Part shown: positions 28,708 to 38,934 of the stretch, piece after piece | Layout: each line of letters opens with the position of its first letter | Position numbering within the stretch: the first letter of the stretch is position 1 | Assembly: GCA_040768745.1 (NCBI GenBank) | Contig: JAXGMI010000002.1 | Location: 448,001 to 512,000, forward strand | DNA from: Desulfomicrobium sp. | Lineage (GTDB): Bacteria; Desulfobacterota; Desulfovibrionia; Desulfovibrionales; Desulfomicrobiaceae | Direction of reading: 5' to 3' | Length of the DNA: 64,000 nt | Position numbers and translations under genes: made by a program | Notes under the pieces: generated by a model | The model's input: the letters and a program-made list of their open reading frames with translations, nothing else | Told to the model about the DNA's origin: nothing | Database searches by the model: none

Positions 28708-29970
28708 TTATCCGAGCCTGGATGGATGGGTGATGAATCCGGTCACGGCCGTGGCCGCAGCCACGGCAGGGTTGGCGAGGTAGACTTCCGATTCCAGGCT
28801 GCCCATGCGACCTTTGAAATTGCGGTTGGTGGTCGACAGGCAGCGCTCGCCACCGGCCAGGATACCCATGTGCCCGCCCAGGCAGGGTCCGCAGGTCGGA
28901 GGACTGATGATGGCGCCTGCATCGAGGAAGATGCGCAGCAGGCCCTCGTCCAGGGCCTTGGAATACGCGCCGGGCGAGGCCGGGATGACGATGAAGCGCA
29001 CGCCCTTGGCCACCCTTCGGCCCCGTATGACCTTGGCCGCCTCGCGCAGGTCGCTGATGCGGCCGTTGGTGCAGGACCCGAGCACGACCTGGTCCACGCG
29101 CACGCGGGACACCTCCTCCACGGGGCGGACGTTGTCCGGCAGGTGCGGACAGGCGACCTGGGGGGAGAAGGAGGACACGTCGAAGGTCAACTCCTTCCAG
29201 TATGCCGCCCCGGGGTCGGCGGCGATGGGCTCGTCACCGGTGCGGCCGTGGGCCCGGCAGTACTCGAGGGTCTTGCCGTCGGCCGCGAAGAGCCCGGCCT
29301 TGCCGCCGGCCTCGATGGCCATGTTGGCCATGGTCATGCGCCCTTCCACGGACAGGTTGTCGATGACCCCGCCCCCGAATTCCAGGGCCTTGTACAGGGC
29401 TCCAGCCACGCCGGTCTGTCCGATGGTGAAGAGGATGAGGTCCTTGCCGCCGACATGCTCGGGCAGCTTGCCCGTGAAGTTGACGCGGATGGTCTCGGGT
29501 ACCTTGAACCATGTCTCGCCCAGGGCCATGGCCGCGGCGATGTCGGTGCTCCCGAAGCCCGTGGCGAACGCCCCCAGGCCGCCGTAGGTGCAGGTGTGGC
29601 TGTCCGCCCCGACCACTATGTCGCCCGGACCCACCAGACCGTACTCGGGCAGGATGGCGTGCTCCACGCCGACATTGCCGCCTTCGTAATAGTGGGTGAT
29701 GTCCATCTCCCGGGCAAAATCGCGCACCAACTTGACCTGTTCTGCCGAGTCGATGTCCTTGTTGGGGGTGAAGTGGTCGCAGACCAGCGCCACGCGGTCC
29801 CTGTCAAAGACCTTGTGCAGCCCCATGCCCTTGAAGGATTTGATGGCCAGGGGCGCGGTTATGTCGTTGGCCAGGACCAGGGACACGCGGCACTGCACAA
29901 TCTGCCCGTCGGCCGTGATGGGTTGGTCTGTGTGGCGCTGCAGGATCTTCTGGGCTAAAGTCTGTCGCAT
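28708..29970 (-). CDS. leuC: 3-isopropylmalate dehydratase large subunit
   Basis: DSHTCTYG, GSCTNGR, CGPCLG, STTNRNF. Confidence 0.96.
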   Translation of the reverse strand: MRQTLAQKILQRHTDQPITADGQIVQCRVSLVLANDITAPLAIKSFKGMGLHKVFDRDRVALVCDHFTPNKDIDSAEQVKLVRDFAREMDITHYYEGGNVGVEHAILPEYGLVGPGDIVVGADSHTCTYGGLGAFATGFGSTDIAAAMALGETWFKVPETIRVNFTGKLPEHVGGKDLILFTIGQTGVAGALYKALEFGGGVIDNLSVEGRMTMANMAIEAGGKAGLFAADGKTLEYCRAHGRTGDEPIAADPGAAYWKELTFDVSSFSPQVACPHLPDNVRPVEEVSRVRVDQVVLGSCTNGRISDLREAAKVIRGRRVAKGVRFIVIPASPGAYSKALDEGLLRIFLDAGAIISPPTCGPCLGGHMGILAGGERCLSTTNRNFKGRMGSLESEVYLANPAVAAATAVTGFITHPSRLG

Positions 29971-31487
29971 GTCGTGTCCTCCTGCCTTTTGGCCAGGCGG
30001 TTCAGGGCGTTCAGGTAGGCCTTGGCGCTGGCCACGATGATGTCCGCATCGGAAGCGCGGCCCACCGAAGTTTTTCCGTTTTCCTCAATCTTCACCGTGA
30101 CTTCGCCCTGGGCGTCGGTGCCGCCGGTGATGGCGTTGACTGCGTACCTGATCAGCTTGGGATAGCGGCCCACGACCTTGCCGATGGTGTTGAACACGGC
30201 GTCGATGGGGCCCGTGCCGAAATCCGACAGGATGCGCTCCTCTCCGTCAACGTACATTTTGACCACCGCGTTGGGGATGGCCATGTTGCCGCTGATGGCG
30301 CTCAGGTATTCCAGGCGGTATTTGTCCGGGATGCGTAAGATCTCGTCCAGGACCACGGCTTCGAGGTCTTCCACGAAAATCTCCTTCTTGCGGTCCGCCA
30401 GTCTCTTCATGGCGGCAAAGACGATGTCAATCTGTTTCTCGTCCAGACGGTAGCCCAGGTCCCCCAGGCGCTTGGCCAGGGCAGCCCGGCCCGAATGCTT
30501 GCCCAGGACCATGTCCTCGGCCTGCCGCCCCACGGACTCGGGGGTCATGATCTCGTAAGTCTGACGGTTCTTGAGCACCCCGTCCTGATGGATGCCGGAC
30601 TCGTGGGCAAAGGCGTTGGCGCCGATGATCGATTTGTACGGAGGGATGGGCTGACCGATGATCAAGGACAAAAGACGGGTGGAGGGATAGATCTGCTCCT
30701 TCTTGATGTGCGTGGTCAGCTGATAGAAATCCTTGCGCACGTCCATGGACATGACCACTTCCTCCAGGGCCGCGTTGCCGGCCCGCTCGCCGATGCCACT
30801 CAGGGTCACCTCGGCCTGCCGCGCCCCGGCCTTCAGCGCCGCCAGGGTGTTGGCCGTGGCCAGACCAAGATCGTTGTGGCAGTGCACGGAAAAAACTGCC
30901 CTGTGGCTGTTGGGGATGCGCTCCAGCAGGTATTTGATCAGTTCGGCGAACTCCTGGGGCTGGGTGTAGCCCACCGTGTCCGGGACATTGATGGTCGTTG
31001 CCCCGACTGCGATGACCCGCTCGAAGACCTGGGCCAGAAAATCCCAGTCAGAGCGGGACGCGTCCTCGGCCGAGAACTCCACGTTGGAGGTCTTGGACGC
31101 CGCGTACTTGACCGCCTCCTCGGCCATCTCCAGGACCTGGTGGCGTTCCTTGCGCAGCTTGAATTTCATGTGGATGTCCGACGTGGCCAGAAAGGTGTGG
31201 ATACGCGCCTGAGGATTGGCACGCACCGCCTCCCAGGCCCTGTCGATGTCCGCCGGCAATGCCCGGCACAGACCTGCCACCTGGCAACCCTGCACGGCCC
31301 GCGCTATCTCGCGCACGGCCTCGAAATCGCCCTGGCTGGCGGCGGGAAACCCGGCCTCGATGATGTCCACGCCCAGATTCTCAAGCTGCCGGGCCAGACG
31401 TACTTTTTCGCTCGTGTTCATGGTTGCGCCCGGCGACTGTTCCCCGTCACGCAAGGTCGTGTCGAAGATGAAAATGCGGTTGGACAT
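29955..31487 (-). CDS. leuA: 2-isopropylmalate synthase
   Basis: DTTLRDGEQ, HCHNDLG, GERAGN, HESGIHQDG, regulatory domain; AAGGAG RBS. Confidence 0.97.
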   Translation of the reverse strand: MSNRIFIFDTTLRDGEQSPGATMNTSEKVRLARQLENLGVDIIEAGFPAASQGDFEAVREIARAVQGCQVAGLCRALPADIDRAWEAVRANPQARIHTFLATSDIHMKFKLRKERHQVLEMAEEAVKYAASKTSNVEFSAEDASRSDWDFLAQVFERVIAVGATTINVPDTVGYTQPQEFAELIKYLLERIPNSHRAVFSVHCHNDLGLATANTLAALKAGARQAEVTLSGIGERAGNAALEEVVMSMDVRKDFYQLTTHIKKEQIYPSTRLLSLIIGQPIPPYKSIIGANAFAHESGIHQDGVLKNRQTYEIMTPESVGRQAEDMVLGKHSGRAALAKRLGDLGYRLDEKQIDIVFAAMKRLADRKKEIFVEDLEAVVLDEILRIPDKYRLEYLSAISGNMAIPNAVVKMYVDGEERILSDFGTGPIDAVFNTIGKVVGRYPKLIRYAVNAITGGTDAQGEVTVKIEENGKTSVGRASDADIIVASAKAYLNALNRLAKRQEDTTCDRL

Positions 31488-31604
31488 GGCTGATCTCCTT
31501 TTCAATAATTGATAATCGATTGATGATAAATACTGTTTCCGGGCCGGTGAAGCGCCCTGAATTGCCGTTTCCTGCAAACGATGCTGAGGGGGTTACGTGT
31601 TCCT

Positions 31605-32366
31605 TTACGAGATCTTGTGAGAAGACTCTCGTAGGAGGGATTTCCCGCGTAGGGGCAGAATGAAGTAGGAGTAGACGAGACCGGAAATGATGTAAAAGAT
31701 GAAAAAGACGAAGCTCAGAAGCTTCGGCTCGGAAGCGACCAGCACAAAGACCAGCAGGGCTGTGACCGTGGCGCTGAAGCGATGGGCGCGGATGACCTCC
31801 GGGTCCTTGAAGGATGCGTAGCGGACATTGCTGACCATCAGGATGGAAACAAGAAAAGCCAGGCCCAGAGTGATGCGGGGAATCCAGTCGACAAAGGTCC
31901 CGGGGATGTACGAGGAAAACAGCACGAAGGTGGCCAGGGTGCAGGCTGCGGCCGGGATGGGCAGACCGATGAAGAAGCGCTTGCTGATCTTGCCCGTCTG
32001 GATGTTGAAACGCGCCAGCCTCAGCGCGCCACAGGCCATGACCAGGAAGGAAGCCATGATGCCCAGACGGCCGAACTCGTGGGTGCACCATTGGTGGATC
32101 ATGACGGCCGGGCCCACGCCGAAGGCCACAAGATCGACCAGGGAATCCAGCTGCACGCCGAAATCCGAGGCGGAGTTGGTCATGCGGGCCAGCTTGCCGT
32201 CCAGCCCGTCGAAAACACAGCTGACGATGATGGCCACGGCCGCCATCTCAAAGCGGCCGTCGATGGACCACAAGATTCCAAGAAACCCGGTCAGCAGACT
32301 GGCCATGGTCATCATGTTGGGAAGCAGGTAGTATCCCCGATGCTTGGGCTTTGGGTGATCCATCAT
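31605..32366 (-). CDS. pssA: CDP-diacylglycerol--serine O-phosphatidyltransferase
   Basis: DGLDGKLAR...FGVQLDSLVD CDP-alcohol motif, LRLARFN. Confidence 0.94.
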   Translation of the reverse strand: MMDHPKPKHRGYYLLPNMMTMASLLTGFLGILWSIDGRFEMAAVAIIVSCVFDGLDGKLARMTNSASDFGVQLDSLVDLVAFGVGPAVMIHQWCTHEFGRLGIMASFLVMACGALRLARFNIQTGKISKRFFIGLPIPAAACTLATFVLFSSYIPGTFVDWIPRITLGLAFLVSILMVSNVRYASFKDPEVIRAHRFSATVTALLVFVLVASEPKLLSFVFFIFYIISGLVYSYFILPLRGKSLLRESSHKIS

Positions 32367-32385
32367 AGTATGAAAATGCGTGGTT

Positions 32386-33030
32386 CTACTTTTTTTTGCG
32401 GGCCAGAACACTCTGGCCGGCGAAGACCTTTTGGCCGACACAAACAACTGTTTCATAGTCACTCGGCAGGTAAAGGTCAACTCTGGATCCGAACTTGATC
32501 AGTCCGAAACGCTGACCCCGGGCCAGGCTGTCGCCCTCCTCGGCCCAGCAGATGATGCGCCGCGCGATGAGCCCGGCGATCTGGACTACGGTCCAGCCAC
32601 ACCCGTCGGCATCCTCGATCAGCACGGCGTTGCGCTCGTTGTCCTCCGATGCCTTGTCCAGGGAGGCGTTCAGGAATTTGCCGCCGAAGTAGGCGATGCG
32701 GCCGATGCGGCCGGCCACGGGCGAGCGGTTCACATGCACATTGAACACGTTCATGAACACACACACGGCCGTGCGGTTCTCGCCCGTCAGGGGGTCGCGC
32801 ATGATCTCGACCTTTATGACCTTGCCGTCGGCCGGGGATACGGCCACTGCCGGCTCCTGGGGCACCACGCGCTCGGGATCGCGGAAAAAATGGAGCACGA
32901 AGAACAGAATCACGAGCAGGGAGACAGCCATGACCCAGCACCCGATGAGCGCAAAGGTCAGGGTGGCGACCGTGGTCAGAAAGACGAACGGGATACCCTC
33001 AAGAGAAAGGCCTATGGACGGCTTGTGCAT
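32386..33030 (-). CDS. psd: Phosphatidylserine decarboxylase proenzyme
   Basis: FFRDPER, SPADG, HVNRSP, FGSRVD cleavage motif. Confidence 0.95.
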   Translation of the reverse strand: MHKPSIGLSLEGIPFVFLTTVATLTFALIGCWVMAVSLLVILFFVLHFFRDPERVVPQEPAVAVSPADGKVIKVEIMRDPLTGENRTAVCVFMNVFNVHVNRSPVAGRIGRIAYFGGKFLNASLDKASEDNERNAVLIEDADGCGWTVVQIAGLIARRIICWAEEGDSLARGQRFGLIKFGSRVDLYLPSDYETVVCVGQKVFAGQSVLARKKK

Positions 33031-33090
33031 GGAATCTCCTTGTCAGAACGTGAGTCCCTGCCTACCCGCGGCCCGGAAGGGATTCAAGCC

Positions 33091-34365
33091 TTATTTTTCA
33101 GGCCTTTTAGGGGTGTACTGTTTTTTCCACTCGTCGAGAAAGAGGATGGCTGTTTCCAGACGGCCGAGCCTGCCACCCTGGCCACGCACCGCACAGACCA
33201 CATCCTGGAAGGACGCGGATGGGTTCAGGCCGAGCTTGGCCAGGAGCCTGTCCAAATCCTCCCGCAGGTCGGACGGGATCTCCTCCAGCCAGGAGGGATC
33301 GCCTGTTTTGGGGGGCATCAGGGATTGAAGGTGCGCCATCAACGTGTCCATGCGGTGCACATAGGTGTGCTCCGCCAGAACCCGGGCGCGTCCCCTGGCC
33401 GCGATCTCTGCCCTGGCCTCGGGATTGGCCCGGTAATGCTCCACGGCCTGGAGCAGACCGGACATGCTGTCGAAAACGGCCAATTCGTCGGCGGTGAAAA
33501 GCTCCGGCAACAGGGTCCGCCTGTCAACCAGCTGAAAGGCCCCGCAGGCCGCCAATTCGAATGTGCGCGGATTGACAAAGTCCCCCCCTGCGATGAGGGT
33601 GCCGGGCCGGACCGAAGAGTGCAGATTGATGTTGATGGTCGAAGCGTTGAATATGCGTACGATCTCGTCGGTGTCGATGCGCTGTCCGTTGCGCTGCAGA
33701 AAGGGAGTCAGAAGATATTCTCCGTCCCAATCGTTTCCCCAGATGCGCAGGTCGTAGTTGATCAGTTGACGGAAGGCCAGTCGCCGGTTGGGATAGCCGG
33801 CCCCAACAAACGACAGCTCGCTGCCGTATTTGCGGCGTTCAAGAGGGGAAAGGCTGAGGGGATGGTGCACGGAGGGGTCGGCTGCCAGGGGAAGATAGAA
33901 TGCATTGGGCTGACCGACCTCGGACAGGCAGGCCGGAAAATTCCCCTTCTGGATCACGGCAAACGTGTCATACAACGGGGCAAAGGCTTTCCAATACGGA
34001 AACACCTCATGATCCTCCACAAACCACATGGCCGTGGGCACCTTGTCCCGCTGCAGACGCTTCAGGGCCTGTCTGGACAGCGGGGCCTGGGCCATCGCCA
34101 GAACCAGGTCCGGGGCGAAGGCCTCGACCTTGGCCAGCACGGCCTGGGACACGACCTGCAGGAGGCTGTTCTCCAGGTAGTCCAGGCGATCCGTGCCCAC
34201 GCGCAGCGTCTTCAGGGCCGAAAAGGCGCTGTGGAAACCCGGGGCCTCAAAGTATTCCACCACATGCCCCAGTATGCGCAGGGCTTGACCGCAATAGCGT
34301 CCAATGGGCAGGGATCCCCCATACATGGGCAGAACAATGAGAATCCTTCGCATGGGCTCATTCAT
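33091..34365 (-). CDS. CgeB-family glycosyltransferase
   Basis: YLPLAADP, FVGAGYPNR, ININLH, NPRTFELAACG, EHTYVHR. Confidence 0.88.
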   Translation of the reverse strand: MNEPMRRILIVLPMYGGSLPIGRYCGQALRILGHVVEYFEAPGFHSAFSALKTLRVGTDRLDYLENSLLQVVSQAVLAKVEAFAPDLVLAMAQAPLSRQALKRLQRDKVPTAMWFVEDHEVFPYWKAFAPLYDTFAVIQKGNFPACLSEVGQPNAFYLPLAADPSVHHPLSLSPLERRKYGSELSFVGAGYPNRRLAFRQLINYDLRIWGNDWDGEYLLTPFLQRNGQRIDTDEIVRIFNASTININLHSSVRPGTLIAGGDFVNPRTFELAACGAFQLVDRRTLLPELFTADELAVFDSMSGLLQAVEHYRANPEARAEIAARGRARVLAEHTYVHRMDTLMAHLQSLMPPKTGDPSWLEEIPSDLREDLDRLLAKLGLNPSASFQDVVCAVRGQGGRLGRLETAILFLDEWKKQYTPKRPEK

Positions 34366-35620
34366 TGGCACGACCTCGCAGGGTTTGGGGCAGCATCCAG
34401 TCGCGCTCCTGGATCCAGGATTCATCCAACGGCACGGAGCAGGGAGCCGGACCCGGAATCCCGGCAATCCTGGCCACCGCGGCCCGAAAGCTTTGCCTTT
34501 CCTCCATGAAGGGGTCGATTCCCGCATCGGGGCGAAAACAGACGCCCAGGGAATCCACGGTGCTGGCCATGGCCGCGACGTGCGGCGGGAATTGCGCGAC
34601 ATCCTGCCCGCTGACATAGCGAAGCAGCCCCGGTTCGGAAAACACGTTCCGGCAAAGAACCCCGTTGGGGCAAGACCCGGTCTCCAGACACGGAGCGCAC
34701 GTGGCCATGGCCTGCAGCACAAGGTGGCCTGTCCCATACGGTCCCGTCTCGTGACACCAGGCCGAGGACAGAAAGAACGCCATCACCGGTACGCCGAGAT
34801 GGGCGGCCAGGTGCATGGTGCCCGTATCAGGGGACAGGAGCAGCCCGAGCCCGCCTACGACTTCAAACAAGTCCGCCCAACTGGTTTTCCCGACCAGGTC
34901 CCGCACCGCGCCTCGCAGGGAGCCTGGCAGGGCGGCTCTCAGCTCCGCGGCGGCCCGGCGCTCCGCGCCGGCGCCCAGGAACAGGATCGGTCCGTGTCCG
35001 ATCCGTTTGGAGGCGGCATGGACCAGCGGGGCGAGAAGGCGGGGGGGCAGGGAGCGACGGGCGTTCTGGCCAGCCATGACCACCCCGAGCCCGATACCTC
35101 CGGCCGAGGCCGCGGGATTGACGCGTTCCGGCTCCACGGGCTGATCCGCGTACAACCCCCACACGTCCACCAGGTTGAGGCCCCGTGTGGTGCGAACTTT
35201 GGTCCAGCGCATGACCTGCGCCGGCCAGGCGTCCACCACGCGTTGTCCGTGGGCCAGGCGATATCCGCGCACTTGGTCGACCGGAAACAGACTTGCCAGG
35301 GCGAAATTGAGTCCCGAATAATTCAGGTTGTAGATCCGGTGGAACTGATGGGCTTGCAGCTCCTGCAAATCGTCGTGCACCAGCCCGAGAATGGCTGGAC
35401 CGTGTGTGCCATGGGCGGAAATTCCATGCACCCTGACCCCCGGAAAAGCCAGTCGGGCCAGGGCCGTCAGGGATCTGTCCACCAGCAGGTGCACCTCGCC
35501 ACAGGCCATGAGGGACACAAGCAGGCGTTTGGTCTGGATCAGATCCCCAAAGCGGGCCAACTGGATGACAAGATACCTGGCCCGAGGGCCGGGCAAAGTG
35601 CCGGCAGCTTCGCGTTGCAT
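34358..35620 (-). CDS. GT9 (heptosyltransferase-like) glycosyltransferase
   Basis: QLARFGDLIQ, DTGTMHLAA, ETGPYG. Confidence 0.88.
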   Translation of the reverse strand: MQREAAGTLPGPRARYLVIQLARFGDLIQTKRLLVSLMACGEVHLLVDRSLTALARLAFPGVRVHGISAHGTHGPAILGLVHDDLQELQAHQFHRIYNLNYSGLNFALASLFPVDQVRGYRLAHGQRVVDAWPAQVMRWTKVRTTRGLNLVDVWGLYADQPVEPERVNPAASAGGIGLGVVMAGQNARRSLPPRLLAPLVHAASKRIGHGPILFLGAGAERRAAAELRAALPGSLRGAVRDLVGKTSWADLFEVVGGLGLLLSPDTGTMHLAAHLGVPVMAFFLSSAWCHETGPYGTGHLVLQAMATCAPCLETGSCPNGVLCRNVFSEPGLLRYVSGQDVAQFPPHVAAMASTVDSLGVCFRPDAGIDPFMEERQSFRAAVARIAGIPGPAPCSVPLDESWIQERDWMLPQTLRGRANE

Positions 35621-35734
35621 GCCCCCTCATCGGAAAAAAAACGAAAAAAGTCCAGAACACCCCGGATTTTAACGCCCTCACCTGCTCGGAGTGACAGCTT
35701 GGACAAGTGCTGCAGGCTCTGATAGACGGCGGCA

Positions 35735-36424
35735 ATGCGCTATTATCCCCTGCTTGCGGACCTGACCACACTTCGCTGCCTCGTCGTGGGCATGGGAGAG
35801 GTGGGCATGCGGAAGATCGAAGGGCTTCTGGCATGCGCCCCGGCCCAGGTCGTCGGCCTGGACCCGGCGCCTCCCGGTCCGCAACTGTCAGCACTTCTTG
35901 CCAGACATTCCGTCTTCACGTATGCACAGCGCCCATTTGATGAATCAGATCTGGATGGGATGCACCTCGTTTTTGCCTGCACTGCGGCCCGCGAGGTCAA
36001 CGCACGGATCGGCCAGGCCTGCGGACAGAGGAACATTCTCTGTAACATCGCCGACGACCCGGAACAGGGAACCTTTGTGCTCCCCGCGAGCATCACCAGA
36101 GGAGACCTGACCATCACCGTGTCCACCAGCGGGGCGAGTCCGGCCCTGTCCCGCATCATCCGCCAGGATCTGGAGCAGCGGTACGGACCTGAATACGCAG
36201 GATTGACCCGTTTCCTGGCCCTGCTCCGCCCGGCATTGCTCGGCCTGGGCCATGGCTGTTCCGAGAACCGTGACATATTCCGTGCCGTGGTGATGTCGTC
36301 CCTGCCGGAGCTGATCAAATCAAAAAACCGGGACGCATGCCTCGAGCTTTTGCATCGATTGCTCCCCACGACCCTGCATTCCCGAATTGGAGAATGGTGC
36401 GATGACTGCTTCCAGACTTTTTGA
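35735..36424 (+). CDS. sirC: Precorrin-2 dehydrogenase/sirohydrochlorin ferrochelatase (SirC/Met8-like)
   Basis: VVGMGEVG Rossmann motif, NIADDP, VSTSGASPAL. Confidence 0.88.
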   Translation: MRYYPLLADLTTLRCLVVGMGEVGMRKIEGLLACAPAQVVGLDPAPPGPQLSALLARHSVFTYAQRPFDESDLDGMHLVFACTAAREVNARIGQACGQRNILCNIADDPEQGTFVLPASITRGDLTITVSTSGASPALSRIIRQDLEQRYGPEYAGLTRFLALLRPALLGLGHGCSENRDIFRAVVMSSLPELIKSKNRDACLELLHRLLPTTLHSRIGEWCDDCFQTF

Positions 36425-37229
36425 ACTGTTCATTGCCTTGCTCTACCTGGGCGGGTCCCTCATCTATCCATTGGGCCTGGCTTGGCGGCAAAACCTCCTG
36501 AAGCGCGCCGCGACCTGGGCCTCCATGGCGGCCTTTGTCCTGCACACCGTGGATCTGGTCATGCGCCTGACCGTCACCGGAACCAATCCGCTGCAGCAGG
36601 GCCAGTTCTACATGAGTCTGCTGGGCTGGATTTTTGTGCTCATTTTTTTTGTGCTGTGGTGGAAACTCAAGCACGACTTCCTGTCCATGATCACATCCCC
36701 CCTGGCGCTCATTCTGTTTTCCTCGTCCCTGGCCATCAGCACCCAGGAACTGATCATCCCGGATCGTCTGAGCGCCCTGTGGTTCAGTCTGCATGTCGGC
36801 ACCATCTTCATTTCCCTGGCCCTGATTGCCATGGCCTTCGGCGCCGGGCTGACCTACCTGTACCTGGAGCGCAAGATCAAGACCAAGGAAAAGCTGCCGG
36901 GATTCTCCAAGGACCTGCCCTCCCTGGAAACCTTTGACAAAGCCAACCACTGGGCCGTCTGTATCGGCTTTCCCCTCTACACCATCAGCCTGCTGTCCGG
37001 CTTCGTGTGGGCCTCATTCACCTGGAAGCGCATTGTCAGCTGGGACCCCAAGGAGCTCATTAGTGTTGTCATCTGGGTCATTTTCGCCGCACTCTTTTAT
37101 CAGCGCATGGTCCAGGGCTGGCGAGGACGCAAGCCGGCCAAAACAGCGGTCATCCTTTTCGTGCTCTGTCTGATCTCGCTGGTAGGCGTTAATTTTCTGC
37201 TGCCGACGCATCACAGTTTTCGGCCGTAA
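36402..37229 (+). CDS. CcsA/HemX-family cytochrome c assembly membrane protein
   Basis: Multi-TM, conserved His, WDPKE (WWD domain). Confidence 0.87.
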   Translation: MTASRLFELFIALLYLGGSLIYPLGLAWRQNLLKRAATWASMAAFVLHTVDLVMRLTVTGTNPLQQGQFYMSLLGWIFVLIFFVLWWKLKHDFLSMITSPLALILFSSSLAISTQELIIPDRLSALWFSLHVGTIFISLALIAMAFGAGLTYLYLERKIKTKEKLPGFSKDLPSLETFDKANHWAVCIGFPLYTISLLSGFVWASFTWKRIVSWDPKELISVVIWVIFAALFYQRMVQGWRGRKPAKTAVILFVLCLISLVGVNFLLPTHHSFRP

Positions 37230-37258
37230 TTTCCAAAAGAAAACAAATATCACTGCTC

Positions 37259-38584
37259 ATGAATCAGGAAATCTATCTTGTTGGTTTGAATCATAAAACT
37301 GCTGGCGTGGATATCCGCGAGCGTTTTGCCCTGGCCGGCTGCGATCCTGTCGCCGCGGGTCTGGTCCATGACACGGGCCCCGTCACCGAGGCCATGATCC
37401 TGTCCACCTGCAACAGGGTTGAATTTCTGGTTGTCGGTGACAACTCCCTTGACATCCCGGCCCTCATCTTGCGCTTCTGGGCCGACCAGTGCCGGCAGCC
37501 CCGGGCCGATCTGGATGGGCACACCTACTGCCACGCGGGGGGCGACGCGGTGGAGCACCTTTTCACCGTGGCCTCCAGTCTGGATTCCATGATTCTGGGT
37601 GAACCGCAGATCCTGGGGCAGCTCAAGGGGGCCTATCGCAACGCCGTGGAAAAAGGCGCGGCCAAGGTCATCGTCAACCGCATGTTGCACAAGGCGTTCT
37701 CCGTGGCCAAAAGGGTGCGCACAGAGACCGCCATCGCATCCAGCGCGGTATCCATCAGCTATGCCGCCGTGGAGCTGGCCAGGAAAATCTTCACCGACCT
37801 TTCCAATCACCGCGCCCTGCTCATCGGCGCTGGAGAAATGGCCGAGCTGGCCGCGACCCACCTCCTTTCGGCGGGCGTACGGGATATCACCGTGGTCAAC
37901 CGCACCCTGTCCAAAGGCGAGGAACTGGCCAGGCAGTTCAAGGGGCGGGCCATGCCCTTCGAAGACCTGCCCCAGGCCCTGCTGGAAACGGACATCGTCA
38001 TCAGCTCCACAGGGTCCCCCACGGCCATCATCAGGGCCAGGGACATGAAGGATGTCATGCGCAAACGGCGCAACAAACCGATTTTCTTCATCGACATCGC
38101 TGTCCCCAGGGACATCGACCCGGATGTGAACGGATTGGACAACGTCTATCTGTACGACATTGACGACCTGAAGGAGGTTGTGGAGGAAAATCTGGCTGGT
38201 CGTCAGAATGAGGCCCTCAAGGCCAAGGGCATCGTGGCCGAAGAGGTGGCCACTTTCCTGCGCTGGCGGGACAGCCTCACCCTGCAGCCGACCATCGTGG
38301 CCCTCCTGGACCAGGGAGAACGTATCGCGCGCAAGGAACTGCGCAGGTCCATCAAGCAGCTCGGCCCCAACCCCGACCCGCAGATGGTGGCCATCCTGGA
38401 GCGTCTGGCCCAGTCCCTGTGCCACAAAATCTACCACGAACCCATCAGCTACCTGAAACGGCGCTCGCAGGAAGAGGGGTCGGCCCAGCGTTTCATCCAT
38501 AACGCCCGCCGCATCTTCAACCTGGACGAGGAAACCGTCTCCGACGATGCGCATCTCGACCGCAAAGCCCCTCTCAGCAAGTAA
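37259..38584 (+). CDS. hemA: Glutamyl-tRNA reductase
   Basis: STCNRVE, GEPQILGQ, GAGEMA, DIAVPRD. Confidence 0.97.
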   Translation: MNQEIYLVGLNHKTAGVDIRERFALAGCDPVAAGLVHDTGPVTEAMILSTCNRVEFLVVGDNSLDIPALILRFWADQCRQPRADLDGHTYCHAGGDAVEHLFTVASSLDSMILGEPQILGQLKGAYRNAVEKGAAKVIVNRMLHKAFSVAKRVRTETAIASSAVSISYAAVELARKIFTDLSNHRALLIGAGEMAELAATHLLSAGVRDITVVNRTLSKGEELARQFKGRAMPFEDLPQALLETDIVISSTGSPTAIIRARDMKDVMRKRRNKPIFFIDIAVPRDIDPDVNGLDNVYLYDIDDLKEVVEENLAGRQNEALKAKGIVAEEVATFLRWRDSLTLQPTIVALLDQGERIARKELRRSIKQLGPNPDPQMVAILERLAQSLCHKIYHEPISYLKRRSQEEGSAQRFIHNARRIFNLDEETVSDDAHLDRKAPLSK

Positions 38585-38595
38585 GGATCAGCCCC

Positions 38596-38931
38596 ATGCG
38601 CTCCTTCATGATCGATGAAATCACCCCGGACGATATGGAAAAACTGGAGAACTGGCTCAAGGAGCAGGAATTGGGCAGCAGCATCGACCATCTCTACCAT
38701 TTCAACATCCCGGTCAGGCTTCTTTCGCCCCTGCAGCAGGAGCATGCCGAGACATGCGGGCCGTTCTACATGGCCGTGGAGACAGGGCGTGACTGGGTCA
38801 GACTGGAACTTCTGGTCAGGGCAAAGAAGATCCTGCGCTGCGCGTGCATTGCCTACGCCACCGGCGAGCAGCAACAGCATATGGTCGGGTATCTGGAAAA
38901 CCTGTTAACGGACCTGCGCATCCCCCTTTAG
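38596..38931 (+). CDS. Hypothetical protein
   Basis: AAGGA RBS; fills the hemA-tilS gap; HxxxCGP and RCAC motifs. Confidence 0.75.
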   Translation: MRSFMIDEITPDDMEKLENWLKEQELGSSIDHLYHFNIPVRLLSPLQQEHAETCGPFYMAVETGRDWVRLELLVRAKKILRCACIAYATGEQQQHMVGYLENLLTDLRIPL

Positions 38932-38934
38932 GCC

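Noticed and set aside
28180..29958. 592-aa plus-strand ORF
   Set aside because: Antisense shadow of leuC/leuD
32380..34509. 709-aa plus-strand ORF
   Set aside because: Antisense shadow of psd and the CgeB-family gene; no motifs
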